Shown here: positions 10,744 to 24,289 of the stretch, one piece after another
How the letters are laid out: each line of letters starts with the position of its first letter
Position numbering within the stretch: the first letter of the stretch is position 1
Origin: Octopus vulgaris
Lineage: Eukaryota
Reading direction: 5' to 3'
DNA length: 64,000 bases
NCBI GenBank assembly: GCA_951406725.2
Contig: OX597825.1
Span: 45,384,001 to 45,448,000, forward strand
Program-made: the position numbers and the translations under genes
The notes under the pieces: model-generated
Told to the model about the DNA's origin: nothing
The model's database searches: none
The model's input: the letters and a program-made list of their open reading frames with translations, nothing else

Positions 10744-12273
10744 CATCATCATCATCATCGTTTAACGTCTGTTCTCCATGCTAGCATGGGTTGGACGGTT
10801 CGACCGGGGATCTGGGAAGCCAGAAGGCTGCACCAGGCTCCGGTCTTATCTGGCAAAGTTTCTACAGCTGGATGCCCTTCCTAATGCCAACCACTCCGTG
10901 AGTGTAGTGGGTGCTTTTTACGTTCCACCTGCACTGGTGCCAGGCAAGGCTGGCATCGGCCACGGTCGGATTGGTGCGTTTTACGTGCCACCGGCACGGA
11001 AGCCAGTCGAGGTGGCACTGATTCGGCCACGATTCGGATGGTGCTTTTTACGTGCCACCGACACGGAAGCCAGTCGAGGTGGCACTGATTCGGCCATGAT
11101 TCAGATAGTGCTTTTTACGTATCTCCAGTCCAGGGGTCCTGGCATCTGCCGGGTACCAGTCATAGGATTGGTTCAATTTCGATTCCGATTTCACTTGCCC
11201 CAACAGGTCTTCGCAAGCAAAGGGGGGTTGGCATAGGTGCCTGTCGTCGGATGAGGTTCGATATCGACTTCGCTTGCCTCAACAGGTTTTTGTGTGTCCA
11301 AGGGAGGAAGGCATGCATAAGTGGGCTGGACTCACTCGTCCTGCCTGGTCTTTTCACGCACAGCATATTTCCAAAGGTCTCGGTCGCTGGTCATTTCCTC
11401 AGTGAGACCTAAATTTCGAAGGTTGTGCTTCACCACCTCGTCTCAAGTTTTCCTGGGTCTACCTCTTCCACGGGTTCCCTCCACTGCTAAGGATTGGCAC
11501 TTTTTCACATACCTATCTTCATCCATTCTCGCCACATGACCATACCAGCGCAATCGTCTCTCTTGCACACCACAACTGATGCTCCTTAGGTCCAACATTT
11601 CTCTCAGGGTACTAACGCTCTGTCGAGCATGCACACTGACATTACACATCCATCGGAGCATACTGGCTTCATTTCTCGCGAGCTTACGCATGTCCTCAGC
11701 AGTCACGGCCCATGTTTCACTGCCATGTAGCATGGCTGTTCGTACACATGCATCATACAGTCTGCCTTTTACTCTGAGCGAGAGGCCTTTAGTCACCAAC
11801 AGAGGTAAGAGCTCCCTAAACTTTGCCCAGGCTATTCTTACTCTAGCCGTTACACTTTCAGCACACCCACCCCCACTACTGACTTGGTCACCAAGATAAC
11901 GGAAGCTATCAACTACTTCTAGTTTTTTCCCCTGGAAAGTGACGGAAGTTGTTTTCTGCAGATTTTCAGAGGTTAATGCTCCCGAGCATCTGCTACATAC
12001 AAAAACTATCTTCCCAGTTAGCCTTCCTTTGACATTGCTGCACCTCTTATGTGTCCATAGCTTACACTGGGTACATCTTATAGAGTTTCTACCTACACCT
12101 TTTCTACAGATCGAGCAGGGCCATCTTCCTGAAGACATTTGTGGATTGTCTACCTTCCTACTTATTAGTACTTTGGTTTTAGCTAGGTTGACTCTAAGGC
12201 CCCTCAATTCTAGACCCTCCTTCCACACCTGGAACATCTCCTCCAGTTCTGATAGTGACTCAGCAATTAGAGC
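10744..12273 (-). mobile_element. 5'-truncated RTE-clade LINE
   Basis: RT C-terminus (LRVNLAKTK, FRYLG, LHGSETW, RRLRWYGHV, RGRGRPRKT) with a Cys-rich insert, long 3' UTR and (GAT)n tail. Confidence 0.93.
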
Positions 12274-12592
12274 AAGACACACACACACAGATAGATACAT
12301 ATGTGTATATATATATATTTAATTTATATTTATGGATTTATGGGTTACCCTTCTCTTTTTCTTATTAATATTACCTAACGTATTTATTTACCTGAAATAT
12401 GTTCTTAATTCCACATATATTATTAATTTATCAGATATATGTTCTTAATCCCACATATATTATGTAAAATACTCTTTGGTTTAATTCTTTATTATTTATC
12501 TCATATCTTAATCTGTATTGATAATAATATTTTTATTTAACAAAATTTAATGTATTATTAGTACATCCTTTCAATAGCATATTTATTATTTG

Positions 12593-13404
12593 GGATCTTT
12601 TCCTTTTGAACGGCAGTTTTCAACACAATTTCTAGTTAACTAAACACTTTTAAACTTCGTATACTGGTAGAATGTTTATAAAACATCTTTTTTTCTTGGC
12701 TTTATTGAGAAAATTCTATATGTTGTAACATATTTCGACTTTAATTTCGAGCATTTCGGCAATTTTAACCGCTGACCTCCCTTTGGGGTGAAAACATTCC
12801 GTGCTGTATGAATATGTCCCTCGTTTAAGAAACAGATTGGGTTTATTTACATTTGCGAAGAAAAAAAGATACCCTTCCCCCACCCCTAACCATAACTCTA
12901 AACCTAACTCTAAAATAGATTGAAATGCAATAGATCAATACTAGGGTTATAATTATGGGTGACAATTTCATTTGACACCGCTAGAAAAAAATCCCATTTT
13001 CCGTAGCGGTGTCGTATGAAATTGTCACCCATAATTATAACCCTAGTATCGATCTATTGCATTTCAATATATTTTAGGGTTAGGGTTATGGTTATGGTTA
13101 GGGGTGGGGGTGGGAGAAGGGTATCTTTTTTTCTTCGCAGATGTAAATAAACCCAATCTGTTTCTTAAACGAGGGACATATTCATACAGCACGGAATGTT
13201 GTTTACGTCAATGGAGGTCAGCGATTGGTCAAAATTGGCTAAATGCTCGAAATTAAAGTCGAAATATGCTACAAGATATAGAATTTTCTCAATAAAGCCA
13301 AGAAAAAAATGTTTTATAAACACATTCTACCAGTATACGAAGTTTAAAAGAGTTTAGTTAACTAGAATTTGTGTTGAAAACTGCCGTTCAAAAGGAAAAG
13401 ATCC
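12593..13404. mobile_element. Foldback/MITE DNA element, almost entirely one about 400-bp inverted repeat
   Basis: Termini GGATCTTTTCCTTTTGAACGGCAG / CTGCCGTTCAAAAGGAAAAGATCC. Flanks ATTATTTG / ATTCTTTG. Internal CCCTAA/TTAGGG-like tracts. Second copy at 46072. Confidence 0.9.
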
Positions 13405-14135
13405 ATTCTTTGTTAGGTTTAAGGTTAACTCTTTTATTTCATTTTATTTATTTAACTTATTGTTTCGTCTATTTATAATCTTTGTATAAAATTACATTTT
13501 GCATATACGTTGATCTACCTAATTAAATGCATGTTAAGTCGTATGACATACTCTAGTTAGCTTATGATAATTTAGAACTTTTGGTAAATCTCATATTATC
13601 TCCCCTTAACTGTTTTGCACAGTGTTCTACGATTCATGCTTATATATACAAAAAAGAATGGCGGAGTTTATGAACTGGCTTCATTGCGTTGTTTCTGATG
13701 TATAATTATGCTTATTTCTCAATTAGTCTTATTATTTCGTATATAATACGTCTACTTATATACGAACTATATAGTTATGCTTATACCTATTTCTTTCCCC
13801 CCACTAATTATAAGCGTTAGACTCCTCATACACATGCAGGTACATTCTCTCTCTTAATCCTGATTTATCATTAACTTTTTTATTTATCCTCACTTGCTTT
13901 TATTCATTTATTTTATATTTTATATTATATTTTGTACTATAATGTGACACATTAATAACATATTGTGCCGATTCCTAATTCACCACGTAAATACACGAAT
14001 ATATAAATTACCATTACCTAAAATTACATTTTCAGATATGCCCTATTTTAAAATTTGTTCCGGGTTTGCTGTCTTTTTTCCCTACATCTCTGCGATATAT
14101 AAAGGCATTTTATGAAATTCAATGTTATTCATTTT

Positions 14136-15277
14136 GGCGATCTTTCGTTTGTAGTAGCACGTTTCCGTCGATGATTTCCGTAAAAAACTTTTATTTTTTT
14201 TACATATGGCCTTGCGGGAACATTTGAAGTAATGAGAGCGAAAGAGACTAAGAGGAAGCGATTTTTTCCGTCGATGATTTCCGTAAAAAACTTTTATTTT
14301 TTTTACATATGGCCTTGCGGGAACATTTGAAGTAATGAGAGCGAAAGAGACTAAGAGGAAGCGATTTTACGACGAGGCTTTCGTTTGTAGTAGCACGTTT
14401 CCGTCGATGATTTCCGTAAAAAACTTTTATTTTTTTTACATATGGCCTTGCGGGAACATTTGAAGTAATGAGAGCGAAAGAGACTAAGAGGAAGCGATTT
14501 TTTCCGTCGATGATTTCCGTAAAAAACTTTTATTTTTTTTACATATGGCCTTGCGGGAACATTTGAAGTAATGAGAGCGAAAGAGACTAAGAGGAAGCGA
14601 TTTTACGACGAGGGAATTTCTTTTGAAGTTATCAAAGCATTGATTGGCAACGTTTCGGTTGTCGTAGCACAAGTTTTCCGTCGATTTCCGTAAAAAACTT
14701 TTATTTTTTTACATAAGTAATGAGAGCGAAAGAGACTAAGAGGAAGCGATTTTATGACGAGGAAGTTTCTCTTTGAAGTTACCGTCTAGGGGAAGCATTG
14801 ATGTACATGTGTGTGTGTGTGTGTGTTTGATGGGGTGTGGGAGACAAACAGTATGTTGGGTAAGTGAAGTGCTTCTGTTAGTGTGTGTGAAGAAACAGAG
14901 AGAGTAATGTGTGAAAGAGAGAGATAACTGATTTTTTACTCGGTGTGTGTGTATATGTATGTATGCATGTATATGTGTGTGTATGTATCTATGTGTGTGT
15001 GTATGTATGTATGGCTGATTCAGTGTAATTTTTTACTCGGTATATGTGTATATGTATGTGTGTATGTATGTATGGCCGATTCAGTGTAATTTTTTACTCG
15101 GTGTATATGTATGTCTGCATGTATGTGTGTGTGTGTATGTATCTACACATACACCGAGTAAAAAATTTCAGTTATCTCTCTCTTTCACACATTACTCTCT
15201 CTGTCTCTTCACACACACTAACAGAAGCACTTCACTTACACAACATACTGTCTGTCTCCCACACCCCATCAAACACA

Positions 15278-15311
<34 letters not shown>

Positions 15312-15896
15312 TGTACATCAATGCTTTGATAACTTCAAAAGAAATTCCCTCGTCATAAAATCGCTTTCTCTTAGTCTCTTTCGCTCTCATTACTTCAAAT
15401 GTTCCCGCAAGGCCATATGTAAAAAAATAAAAGTTTTTTACGGAAATCGACGGAAACGTGCTACTTTCGTTTTTAACTCGAAATAAATGTAAACATTGAA
15501 TCGGTCATTCCCGTGACCACATGAGAAAGCTTAATGGGTTGTGCGTGCGTGCTCGATCCTCTGTGTGTGAGCATGCTCATTCTTGTTTGTGTGCGTGCTT
15601 GTTCTGTGTATGTGTGTGTCTGTTCTGTTTTTTTTTGTTTTTTTTGGTGGGGGGGATTTATATGTTGTGGAATGTAGAAATAACACACAGAGGAACAAAC
15701 ATGCACACACACACCCACGCACAAACAAGAACAAGCACGCACACAAACAAGAATAAGCTCGCACACACAGGAACAAGCACGTACGCACAACCCATTAGCT
15801 TTCTCTTCCCAACTGATAATTGACAAGACAACATGTGGTCACGGAAACCACCGAATTCAATGTTAACATTATTTCGAGTTAAAACGAAAGATCGCC
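14136..15896. mobile_element. Composite foldback element with internal tandem array
   Basis: Termini GGCGATCTTTCGTTT / AAACGAAAGATCGCC. Tandem units of about 105-135 bp at 14145-14780. Inverted arms about 14680-14960 vs 15150-15465, and 15465-15555 vs 15775-15890. Confidence 0.8.
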
Positions 15897-15904
15897 TTCA
15901 GATT

Positions 15905-16456
15905 TAAAAAATAATTTCAAACTTCGGACACTGGTAGTATGTGTCATATAAAGTATCTTTTACTCTTAGCGTTTTTGAGAAAAGCTTATATTTAGGAAGT
16001 TATTTCACGTTAAAGTTCTCGTATTTCAGTAATTTCAACCAATCAATGACGTGTATTCAGCTGAAAAAAATTACTGCCGTTGTTTGTCAGCAACAACTAT
16101 CGGCGGTGTATTTTTCATTTGTCACTGTTATTTATGATATCGTTCGTGCGTTTGTACTGGTTTTAGCTTTAAGGTTAGGGTTGTCATAAATAACAGTGAC
16201 AAATGAAATATACACCGCCGGAAGTTCTTGTTGACAAATAACAGTAGTAATTTTATTCAGCTGAATACACGTCATTGGTTGAAATTACCAAAATACGAGA
16301 ACTTTAACGTGAAATAACTTCCTAAACATAAGCTCTTCTCAAAAACGTTATTATAAAAGATATTTTATATGATACATTCTACCAGTGTCTGAAGTTTGAA
16401 AGTGTTTAGTTACAAAAAATTATTTTTTAAATATGTCAGTCAAAAGGTAAAGATCT
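15905..16456. mobile_element. Foldback element related to the 12593/46072 family, left end missing
   Basis: 15905-16140 is inverted relative to 16183-16430. Shares the AAACTTCG..ACTGGTAG motif and the AAAAGG.AAAGATC end. Confidence 0.75.
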
Positions 16457-17284
16457 GGTGTAAGGATATAATATGTATTCTGATATTTTCTCTTTCCATC
16501 TTATTCTAGACTTTCTATCTATTTATTTACATTAAATTTTATTTCATTATTATTATAAACCGAAGCAATAAGATACTATTATTATACTTAGAATTAATTT
16601 ATATATATATTAACTTCAGTTAATATATAATTGCCATGGTTTGCTTCAACTTGATTTAAATTTTATCACTTCAAATTTTTTTGTATTGCAGTATGATATT
16701 ATATGGCATTATTATTTATATATACATGCATTTTTTCTTCTTTTCCTTCTTCTCAATACCTTATGATATCATAAGGTATTGTCGGAGGTTGGCGAGAGGC
16801 AAAGACATTATTCTGCTTAGCAAAGGCATCTGGGAAATGTATAACTACTGTCATTCACAGAAAAACTATTGTTTTACCGTGAGAAAAGCGTTGTTGAAGT
16901 GTTAAGTGAAATTTAGCAATCGAGGATTGAATCCACACTATGCCTGCATGAAGTCACTACAAATATGTTGTGGAATAAAAAATTTATCTACTGTCATGGA
17001 AAAAGTGTAACTGTAAAACTGCATACCATAATTATCGGAGTAATGAGCATTCAAAACAGTATGTATAGAAATGTATGAATGAAGTCTTTAGTGTTTAAGA
17101 TTCAAATTAAGGAAGTGCAATAATAATGTTTAGTAGTTAAAAACTGTGAGTAGTGAAATGCAGAATTAGGTTGGCTGATCGTGAGATCAAATATTGATCA
17201 CTTCACACCGCTTTTCCAAATATGTAGTAGATATACACTATACATACCCATACACATATATATACATATACACATGCATATATA

Positions 17285-18108
17285 CAGGGGTTGGACAAAA
17301 TAATGGAAACACCTAGCTCATAATTTTGAAATATCTATAAAACCGTCAACAGCTTGTTTATTTTCATGTTTTTTTTATTTATTATTAGTGTTGCTAAATA
17401 TGTTTTGCTAAAATTGCTGTTTCTTTTCAGATATCAGATATCAGAATCAGAAAAAGGTAATTAAAATTCATTAAAATGACAGATCTATTGGACTTTCAAA
17501 GAAGTCAAATTGTTGGTGCTCATGTGGCAGGTACTAGCGTAACAAAAACAACCGAAATGTAGTACTGTCTCGAAAGTAATGACAGCCTTTGAGAAAGAGG
17601 GAAAAACCTCCTTGTCAAAACAAAACTTTCAGATAGGGACCAAATTGTTAGAAAGGATCACAGAAGTACAGCTCTCAAAATTACTGCAGAAACCCAGTTT
17701 CTACAAAATTTGTTTGCCAGGAGCTGCACAAAGCCAGATTTTATAGGAGGGCTGCAATCAAAAAACTGCTACTTTTAAAAAACAAACGTTGCAAAGCATT
17801 TAGAGTGGAGTAAACCTACAGAATTGGTCCCTAGAGCAGTGGAAGTATGCTATTTACTCAAACATGTCATCCATTACCTTATTTCCGACCACCAGCCGAG
17901 TATATGTGTGGTGACAGCCAAATGAAGCATTTGACCCAGACTGCCTTCTTCCAACTGTTAAACATGGAGGAGGATCTGTGATGATCAAGTGGGGGGGGGG
18001 TATATATTGGAAATCCGCCAGCCCAACAGTTTCCCTTGATGGCAGAATTAACAATCAACACTATTTAAGCATTTTATCTGATCAAATTCATCCTATGGTC
18101 GCGGAACT
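17285..18108 (+). mobile_element. Tc1-like transposon, 5' half
   Basis: TA|CAGGGGTTGGACAAAATAATGGAAACACC TIR. Transposase remnants MTDLLDFQRSQIVG... and LLPTVKHGGGSVM.WG. Cut off at the RTE junction. Confidence 0.88.
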
Positions 18109-21100
18109 TGACCACATCATCCCATATCTTCCTGGGTCTACCTCTACTCTGGATTCCTTCAACTGTTTGGGAGTGGCACTTCTTCACGCATCTCTCCTCA
18201 ACCATCCGTAGTACATGACCATACCAGTGCAAATGTCTCTCTTGCATGCTACATCCTATGCTTCTTATGTCCAACATTTCTCTCAGGGTGCTTACACTCT
18301 GTCATGTGTGCACACTGACATTACACATCCAGCGGATCATGCTAGCTTAATTTCTTTCAAGCCTGTCCTCCGCAGTCATGGTCCATGTTTCACTGCCAGA
18401 ACGCATGGCAGTTCACATATATGCATCGTACAATCTACCTTTCACTCAGAGCGAGAGTCCCTTTGTCGCCAGTAGGGGTAGAAGCTTTCTAAACTTTGCC
18501 CAGGCTATTCTTATTCGAGTGGTAACACTACTAATTTCGTCACCTAGGTAGCAAAAGCTATCAACTACTTCTAGTTTCTCCCCCTGGAGTGTGATGGAAT
18601 CTGTTTTCTGAGCTTCTGTGGTATTTGATGCCCCTGTGCATCTGCTACACACAAAAGCTATCTTCTCAGTTAATCTTCCTTTGATGTTGCTGCACCTCTT
18701 ATGTGACCATACCTTACACTGAGTACATCTTATGGAGTTTCCACCTACAATTTTTCTACAAATCGAGCAGGGCCACCTACCTGAGGGTGTGTGTGACATG
18801 TTCGCCTTCCTACTTACTAGAACTTTGGTCTTTGCTACATTAATTCTAAGGACCTTTGATTCTAAACTTTACTTCCACACCCGAAATTTCTTTTCTAGTT
18901 CTGGTAGTGATTCTGCTATGAGAGCCAGGTCATCAGCATAGAGGAGCTCCCGGGGGCAACCCGTCTTGAATTCCTCTGTTATTGCCTGGATGATTATGAT
19001 GTTTAAAGAGGGCTGAGTGCTGAACCTTGGCGGACCCCAGGAATTCTTCCCTATACTCATTGCCAATCCTAACCTTTCAAACAGCCTCTCTGTATAGGGC
19101 CTGTACAGTCCTTTTTAACCATTCGTCAATCCCCAATTTCAACATTGCTCATGAGATAAGGGATCGGGGGACCCTGTCAAAGGCTTTCTCCAAGTCCACA
19201 AAAGCTAAGTAGAGGGCTTTATCTTTAACTAGGTATTTCTCCTGCAGTTGTCGAACAAGGAATATGGCATCAATGGTGCTTCTACCCAGTACAAAACTGC
19301 ACTGCATCTCATCTTATCATACTCTCTCCCTAATGAGATGGGCTATGACACTCTCCATGACTGTTAACACCTGATCCAGCAGTTTGATACCCCTGTAGTT
19401 ATTTCTATCTAGAGCATCACCTTTACCCTTGTAGCAGTTGACCATGGTGCTGCTACGCCAGTCATTGGGTATGACTCTGTTATGAACTACCTGGTTTATA
19501 ATGCAGGTGACTAGGCCATAGCCCACACCACCGGATTTTTTAGGCATCTCAGCAGTGATTCCTGATGGGCCAGGGGCTTTTCCTGGCTTCATACCCTTAA
19601 TTGCTTTATCTACAAGGGAGCTGTCTATTTGCATAGCTGGTCCCTCTACTGGGTCAACATTTGGCAGCTTCTCCTCTTCCCATTCATTCTCCACGTTCAG
19701 CAGTCTTTCATAATGGCTTCTCCAAGACTCTTTCTTTTCCGAATCATTAAAAGTAAGTGCCCCATCATCCATGCGGACACATTTCTCTCCTGTAACATCA
19801 CAATTTTCTCTCACACACTGTCTTGCAATCCGAAATGCCTCAGTTCTTTGGCCCTCACGTCACTGGACATTGGCAAACTTCTTTTCTACTTCACCCTTGG
19901 CTATGTATACCTGCTGCCCAGCCTCCCTTTTGGCTACCTGGTACAGTTCCCTGTTAATCCCACCCTTGCAGGCTTTCCAGGCCTGTTTCTTTGCTCTAAT
20001 GGCTTTGTCTACCATACTATTCCACCACCATGTAACTCTAGGTCTGGAAGGGACTTTGCATCATCCTCAGTCTTGGTCTGTGGCACTCAGCAAGCTGTCC
20101 CGTAGGAATTTCCAGTTACCTTCTATGTCTGATGCCTCCCATCAAATTTCTTGATGAGGATGTCCCTAAATCTCTGACCATGTGAAGGGTTCTTTAGCTT
20201 CCAAATCCTTCTTTTTTGAATTGGTCTGCTTCTTGGTATCCTTCTGGCCTCAAACCTAAAGTCACTAATGACTAACCTATGCTGGGGGGTACATTCTTCA
20301 CCCAGGAGGATCTTTGTGTCCCACTGTCTGGTGAAGATGAAATCAATCTGGCTAGCAGAGTTACCTGATTGATAGGTTATCAAGTGACCGTCTGGTTTCC
20401 TAAAATTAGTGTTGCAGATTAAAAGGTTACATGCATCACATAACTCCAGTAGTCTAGTTCCTTCATCGTTTCAGGAACCAATATCATGGCCCCTGTGTAC
20501 ACCAGTGAAGATACCAGATTATCACCCAACATGCCCATTAAAATCTCCAGCCACAAAGATGAGGTCATTGCCACTCGTCTTTAAGGTAGCCTGTAGAAGG
20601 GTATCATAAAAATGGTCCTTCTGATCATTTGGTAGGCCCGCTTGTGGAGCGTAGGCAGAGATAATTGTAGCTGTGTTATTCTGCAGGACTAGCCTAAGCT
20701 TAAGCACTCTATCACATACCCTGACAACCTCTTTGACTTTATCTACCCATTTCTCTGCAAGGAGTATGCCTACACCCCCCATTCCATCTGTGCTACCTTG
20801 CCAGAAGATTTTGTACTTGTGTGCCTTGCCTGTGAGGACCATAGCTGCAGCTCCTCTCCATCTTACCTCATGTATGCAGCATACATTGACACATCACCTT
20901 TCAAGCATCTCTACAATCTCACTAGACCTACCTTTCAGTGTGCCTACATTGACTGTGCCAACTCTGAAAACTGGGAAAGGAATATGGGTGAGGCTTGGGG
21001 GGGGAGAGATGTTATTCACTGCCTGAAAAGAAGAGGGAGGGTGTCATGTTCGTTTTTTAGGCATGCTTCATCTGTTCCTCACTTCCGACCTGACATCATT

Positions 21101-21240
21101 CAAACATTCAAGTGTGTTAGGATTAAGATCATAGCCCCTACTAGAGGTAGGATTAGGTGTTAGCGCCATTGTGAGTATAAGCATTATGGTCATCGTAAGG
21201 GTGGGGTGATTTCAGACACAGAGAGAGGAAGCAAGTTCAT
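18109..21240 (-). mobile_element. Near full-length decayed RTE LINE (APE endonuclease plus RT), lacking the 3' UTR
   Basis: APE motifs (ISAYAPQ, VAGDFNGHVG, SQIDFI, QHRLV) and RT motifs (KAPGPSGI, NYRGIKLL, LLYADDL, RWYGHV). Confidence 0.93.
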
Positions 21241-22244
21241 CTATATATACACACAAGCATGCATGCACACAGACACAGGCGAACAAACACACATGTACAG
21301 CCCATTAGCTGTCTCCTTCAATTGATATGTGCATGGAAAATTACTGGGTAGTTGCTAGAATATTTTTAGATGAAACGAAGGATAGTCAGTTAAGTAGGCG
21401 GGCAGCTAACCTAGTTGCGTTTTTTAGGGAGAGAGTGGGGGTGCAGATAGTATAAAGAACAGTCCAGTGAGGAGGAGCAGTGGAGAGAAGAGAATCAGGT
21501 AATGGTGGTGGGAGGAGAGAGATATCTGGTGTAGATGGTGAGAAGATAGAGATAAAGATCGGAGTAACGATCAAGATATCCAGTATTGGTGGTGGGGGCG
21601 GGACAGGGTGGGCGCACTGTGAACAAATGAGTTTAATTTGGGGAAAATGGTATGAGCATCTATCGTAAGTATCAGGGATGTTTAGTATAGTATACATTCA
21701 TAGTGTTCATGGCGGATGAGAAATTAAACAAGGGAAACGAGGAATGTGAAATTAAACAGGCCAAGAGACAAGTAATTATCCTTATTTAATTAGTTAGCTT
21801 CTGAGAAAATTAGCTGTTAGTAAAAAGTACATTTAAATAATAAACAATACATTTAAAGAGTTAATGGCGAATGAGTGGTGCGTTATTCTAAGGCCCTGGT
21901 GATAAAGTCATTTGTGGTAGATGCATTCAAAAGGAGTTTATATTTTGTGATGAAGAATGACTGACTACAAGTTGTATCATCCCTGACTTGGTAACATGTA
22001 ACCCAGTACAACCTGTTACGTGGTCAGATCATCAGTGACTAAACTGGCAACCCGACCAAGCTTGCTTAGTGAGAAAGGTAATTGCTGGACACCCTGCAGG
22101 ATAAAAAATAAAACCTGTCAAAAGGGCAGAGGAACTCATGAGTAGTCAATGCCCATCCAACAATATGTGTATATGTATATACTGTTTTATCTTATTTTCA
22201 TTTATATTTATATCTTAAATTTGATGCATTTAATTTCATATATT

Positions 22245-24102
22245 AGGGGGAAGATGAGGCTCCCTTACAATGGTGAAGGCATCCCACCTCGAAGAGGGAA
22301 ACTCTGATATAAAACTAGGTCTTTGGTTGCCAAGGGTCTCCTTAACAGGGCTGTACTATCAGCAAACTCTGACTCATAGGGTAGACTAGGCTCTCCAATT
22401 GTTTATAGTGGCTTGTCTAGGAGATGGAAACCTCTGGAGAAAAAGCCTGAGGTGTGTTGTTCTTGGTATTGTGGCACATATGTGCACCATATTTTTGCAA
22501 TCATCACTTCCAAAAAGTGTGGCTGGTTCTACATAAGCCTTCAAAACTCAAATCAAATCATATGTGTGGGTGTTCTGACAACTTACGTTTATTCATTCAA
22601 TATGACACAGCTTCAACTTGCAAAAATCAAAAAGTCCTGGCGAGAGAGTGAAAGTGGCAGGAACAGGTAAAGAATATTACTAGAAGAGCTTGTGAGTAAC
22701 TGTGCTGTCCATGTCCTCCGATGGTGACAAAGCAGGTTTATTTAGACACATCACTGCTTTCCCCAACAGAGGGAGGGGTGAGAAAAGGAGCCCCAAACAT
22801 TGCTTACTCACCTTAAACTTGTTAGCCCACTGCAGCTATTTGGTTATTCAGTAACACAGTTGAAACATGAAGAAATCTAAGAATATTAACCTTGGTTCTT
22901 GGAATGTACACGCTCTCCAAGACAGTCACTCAGCACCAGAATGAAAAACAGCACTGGTTGCTCTTAAACTAAAGAAATACAACATTGACACATCTGCACT
23001 CAGTGAAACTTGTCTTACAGGATCATCACAGTTAGAAGAAAGTAAAGATGGATACATATTTTTCTGTTGAGAAAGAAATGAGGACAAGCCACATCACTCT
23101 GGTGTTGGTTTTGCCATCAAAACAAATAGATTCCTTTTTTTCTCTACCCAAAAGTATTTCTGATCGCATCAAGACACTAACATTGGAATTTGATCACAAC
23201 ACTTATGCTATGCTTGTCAATTGCTATTCCCCAACCATGGCCACCACCGAGCAGGAAAAGGATGAATTTTACAACCAGCACCCACTTCAAACGACACAAA
23301 GCAAGGTTGTGTTATGGCTCCTGTTTTGTTTGCATTCTTCTTTTCAGTGATGGACTATTCAATCATCAGCGTTTCAAAGCCAGAATACTGCTATGCACCA
23401 GTAACATTCATGATCTACTTTTTGCAAATGATGTTGCACTAGGAGTGATCATCTTAGAGGAAGCTCAGGAATGTTAGACCAGTTTTCTGCTGCATGTAAA
23501 GCCGTTGGTTTGACCAACAGCATAAAGACAGAAGTTATCCATCAACTTTGCCCTACTCCTTAACAAATATGAAGAGTCAAGCAGAGGCCACCAGTTCACA
23601 ATTTTCCTGACACTCCTATACAGGTTGATGGAAAAAACCTAAATTATGTGAAGTTTAGCAAGTGTAAGCTTGGTGGAACTTAGAGCTTCCTTATGCAATC
23701 AGAATTGTGCTGGACTGGCCATGTCATCAGAATGAGTGACGAAAGAATACCTGGGAATGTTGGTCAACTATGGCTCAGATAGGACAAGCTGAAAAGTAAC
23801 CCCTTAGAAATGAAGATAGCTCACAACACCATTGAGCAAACAGCCTTGGAACAAACAAAACGGAGATTGTTATGTCAAAATAGTATTAGAAACTTTGTTG
23901 CAACTTACATTAACGCCTCAGGGTGCAAGGCAAAAGAGAAAAGGTCTGCACTGACCTATAATCCTCATACTTGCAGCATCTGTAGCCTTCTTTGCAAATC
24001 ATTGGTGGGACTTAAATGTCTCATTAGACATAAGCATTATAACTGACAGACAAAAAAGTACATTGTCAGAGCTAATCCATCGAAACCAACGGAAGAGTCC
24101 AT

Positions 24103-24105
<3 letters not shown>
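22245..24105 (+). mobile_element. Internally deleted RTE/BovB-like LINE of a different family
   Basis: MKKSKNINLGSWNV...YNIDTSALSET and VNCYSPT (APE), HDLLFANDVAL (RT), CWTGHVIRM, C-terminal CSICSLLCKSLVGL..H zinc finger. RTE-type 5' UTR motif CTAGGAGATGGAAACCTCTG. Confidence 0.8.
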
Positions 24106-24142
<37 letters not shown>

Positions 24143-24289
24143 ACACTCAATACAAATTACAAACCAATAGAATAAAATAAGTTTGCATTTTGAAGATTTT
24201 GAGTAAAATATCATCCGGGCCAATGGACATTAAAGAAACTACATGTTGATTGATTGAGATTTTCCAACAGTCTGTTGAAAAATTCAAGG

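Noticed and set aside
15044-15826. ORFs of 85-146 aa in (GT)/(CA)-rich DNA, and similar ones at 25566, 26581 and 30436
   Set aside because: These are microsatellite translations.
21960-22045. Minus-strand CUGAUGA followed by a stem
   Set aside because: The stem is followed by GAUG rather than GAAA, and there is no stem I partner.
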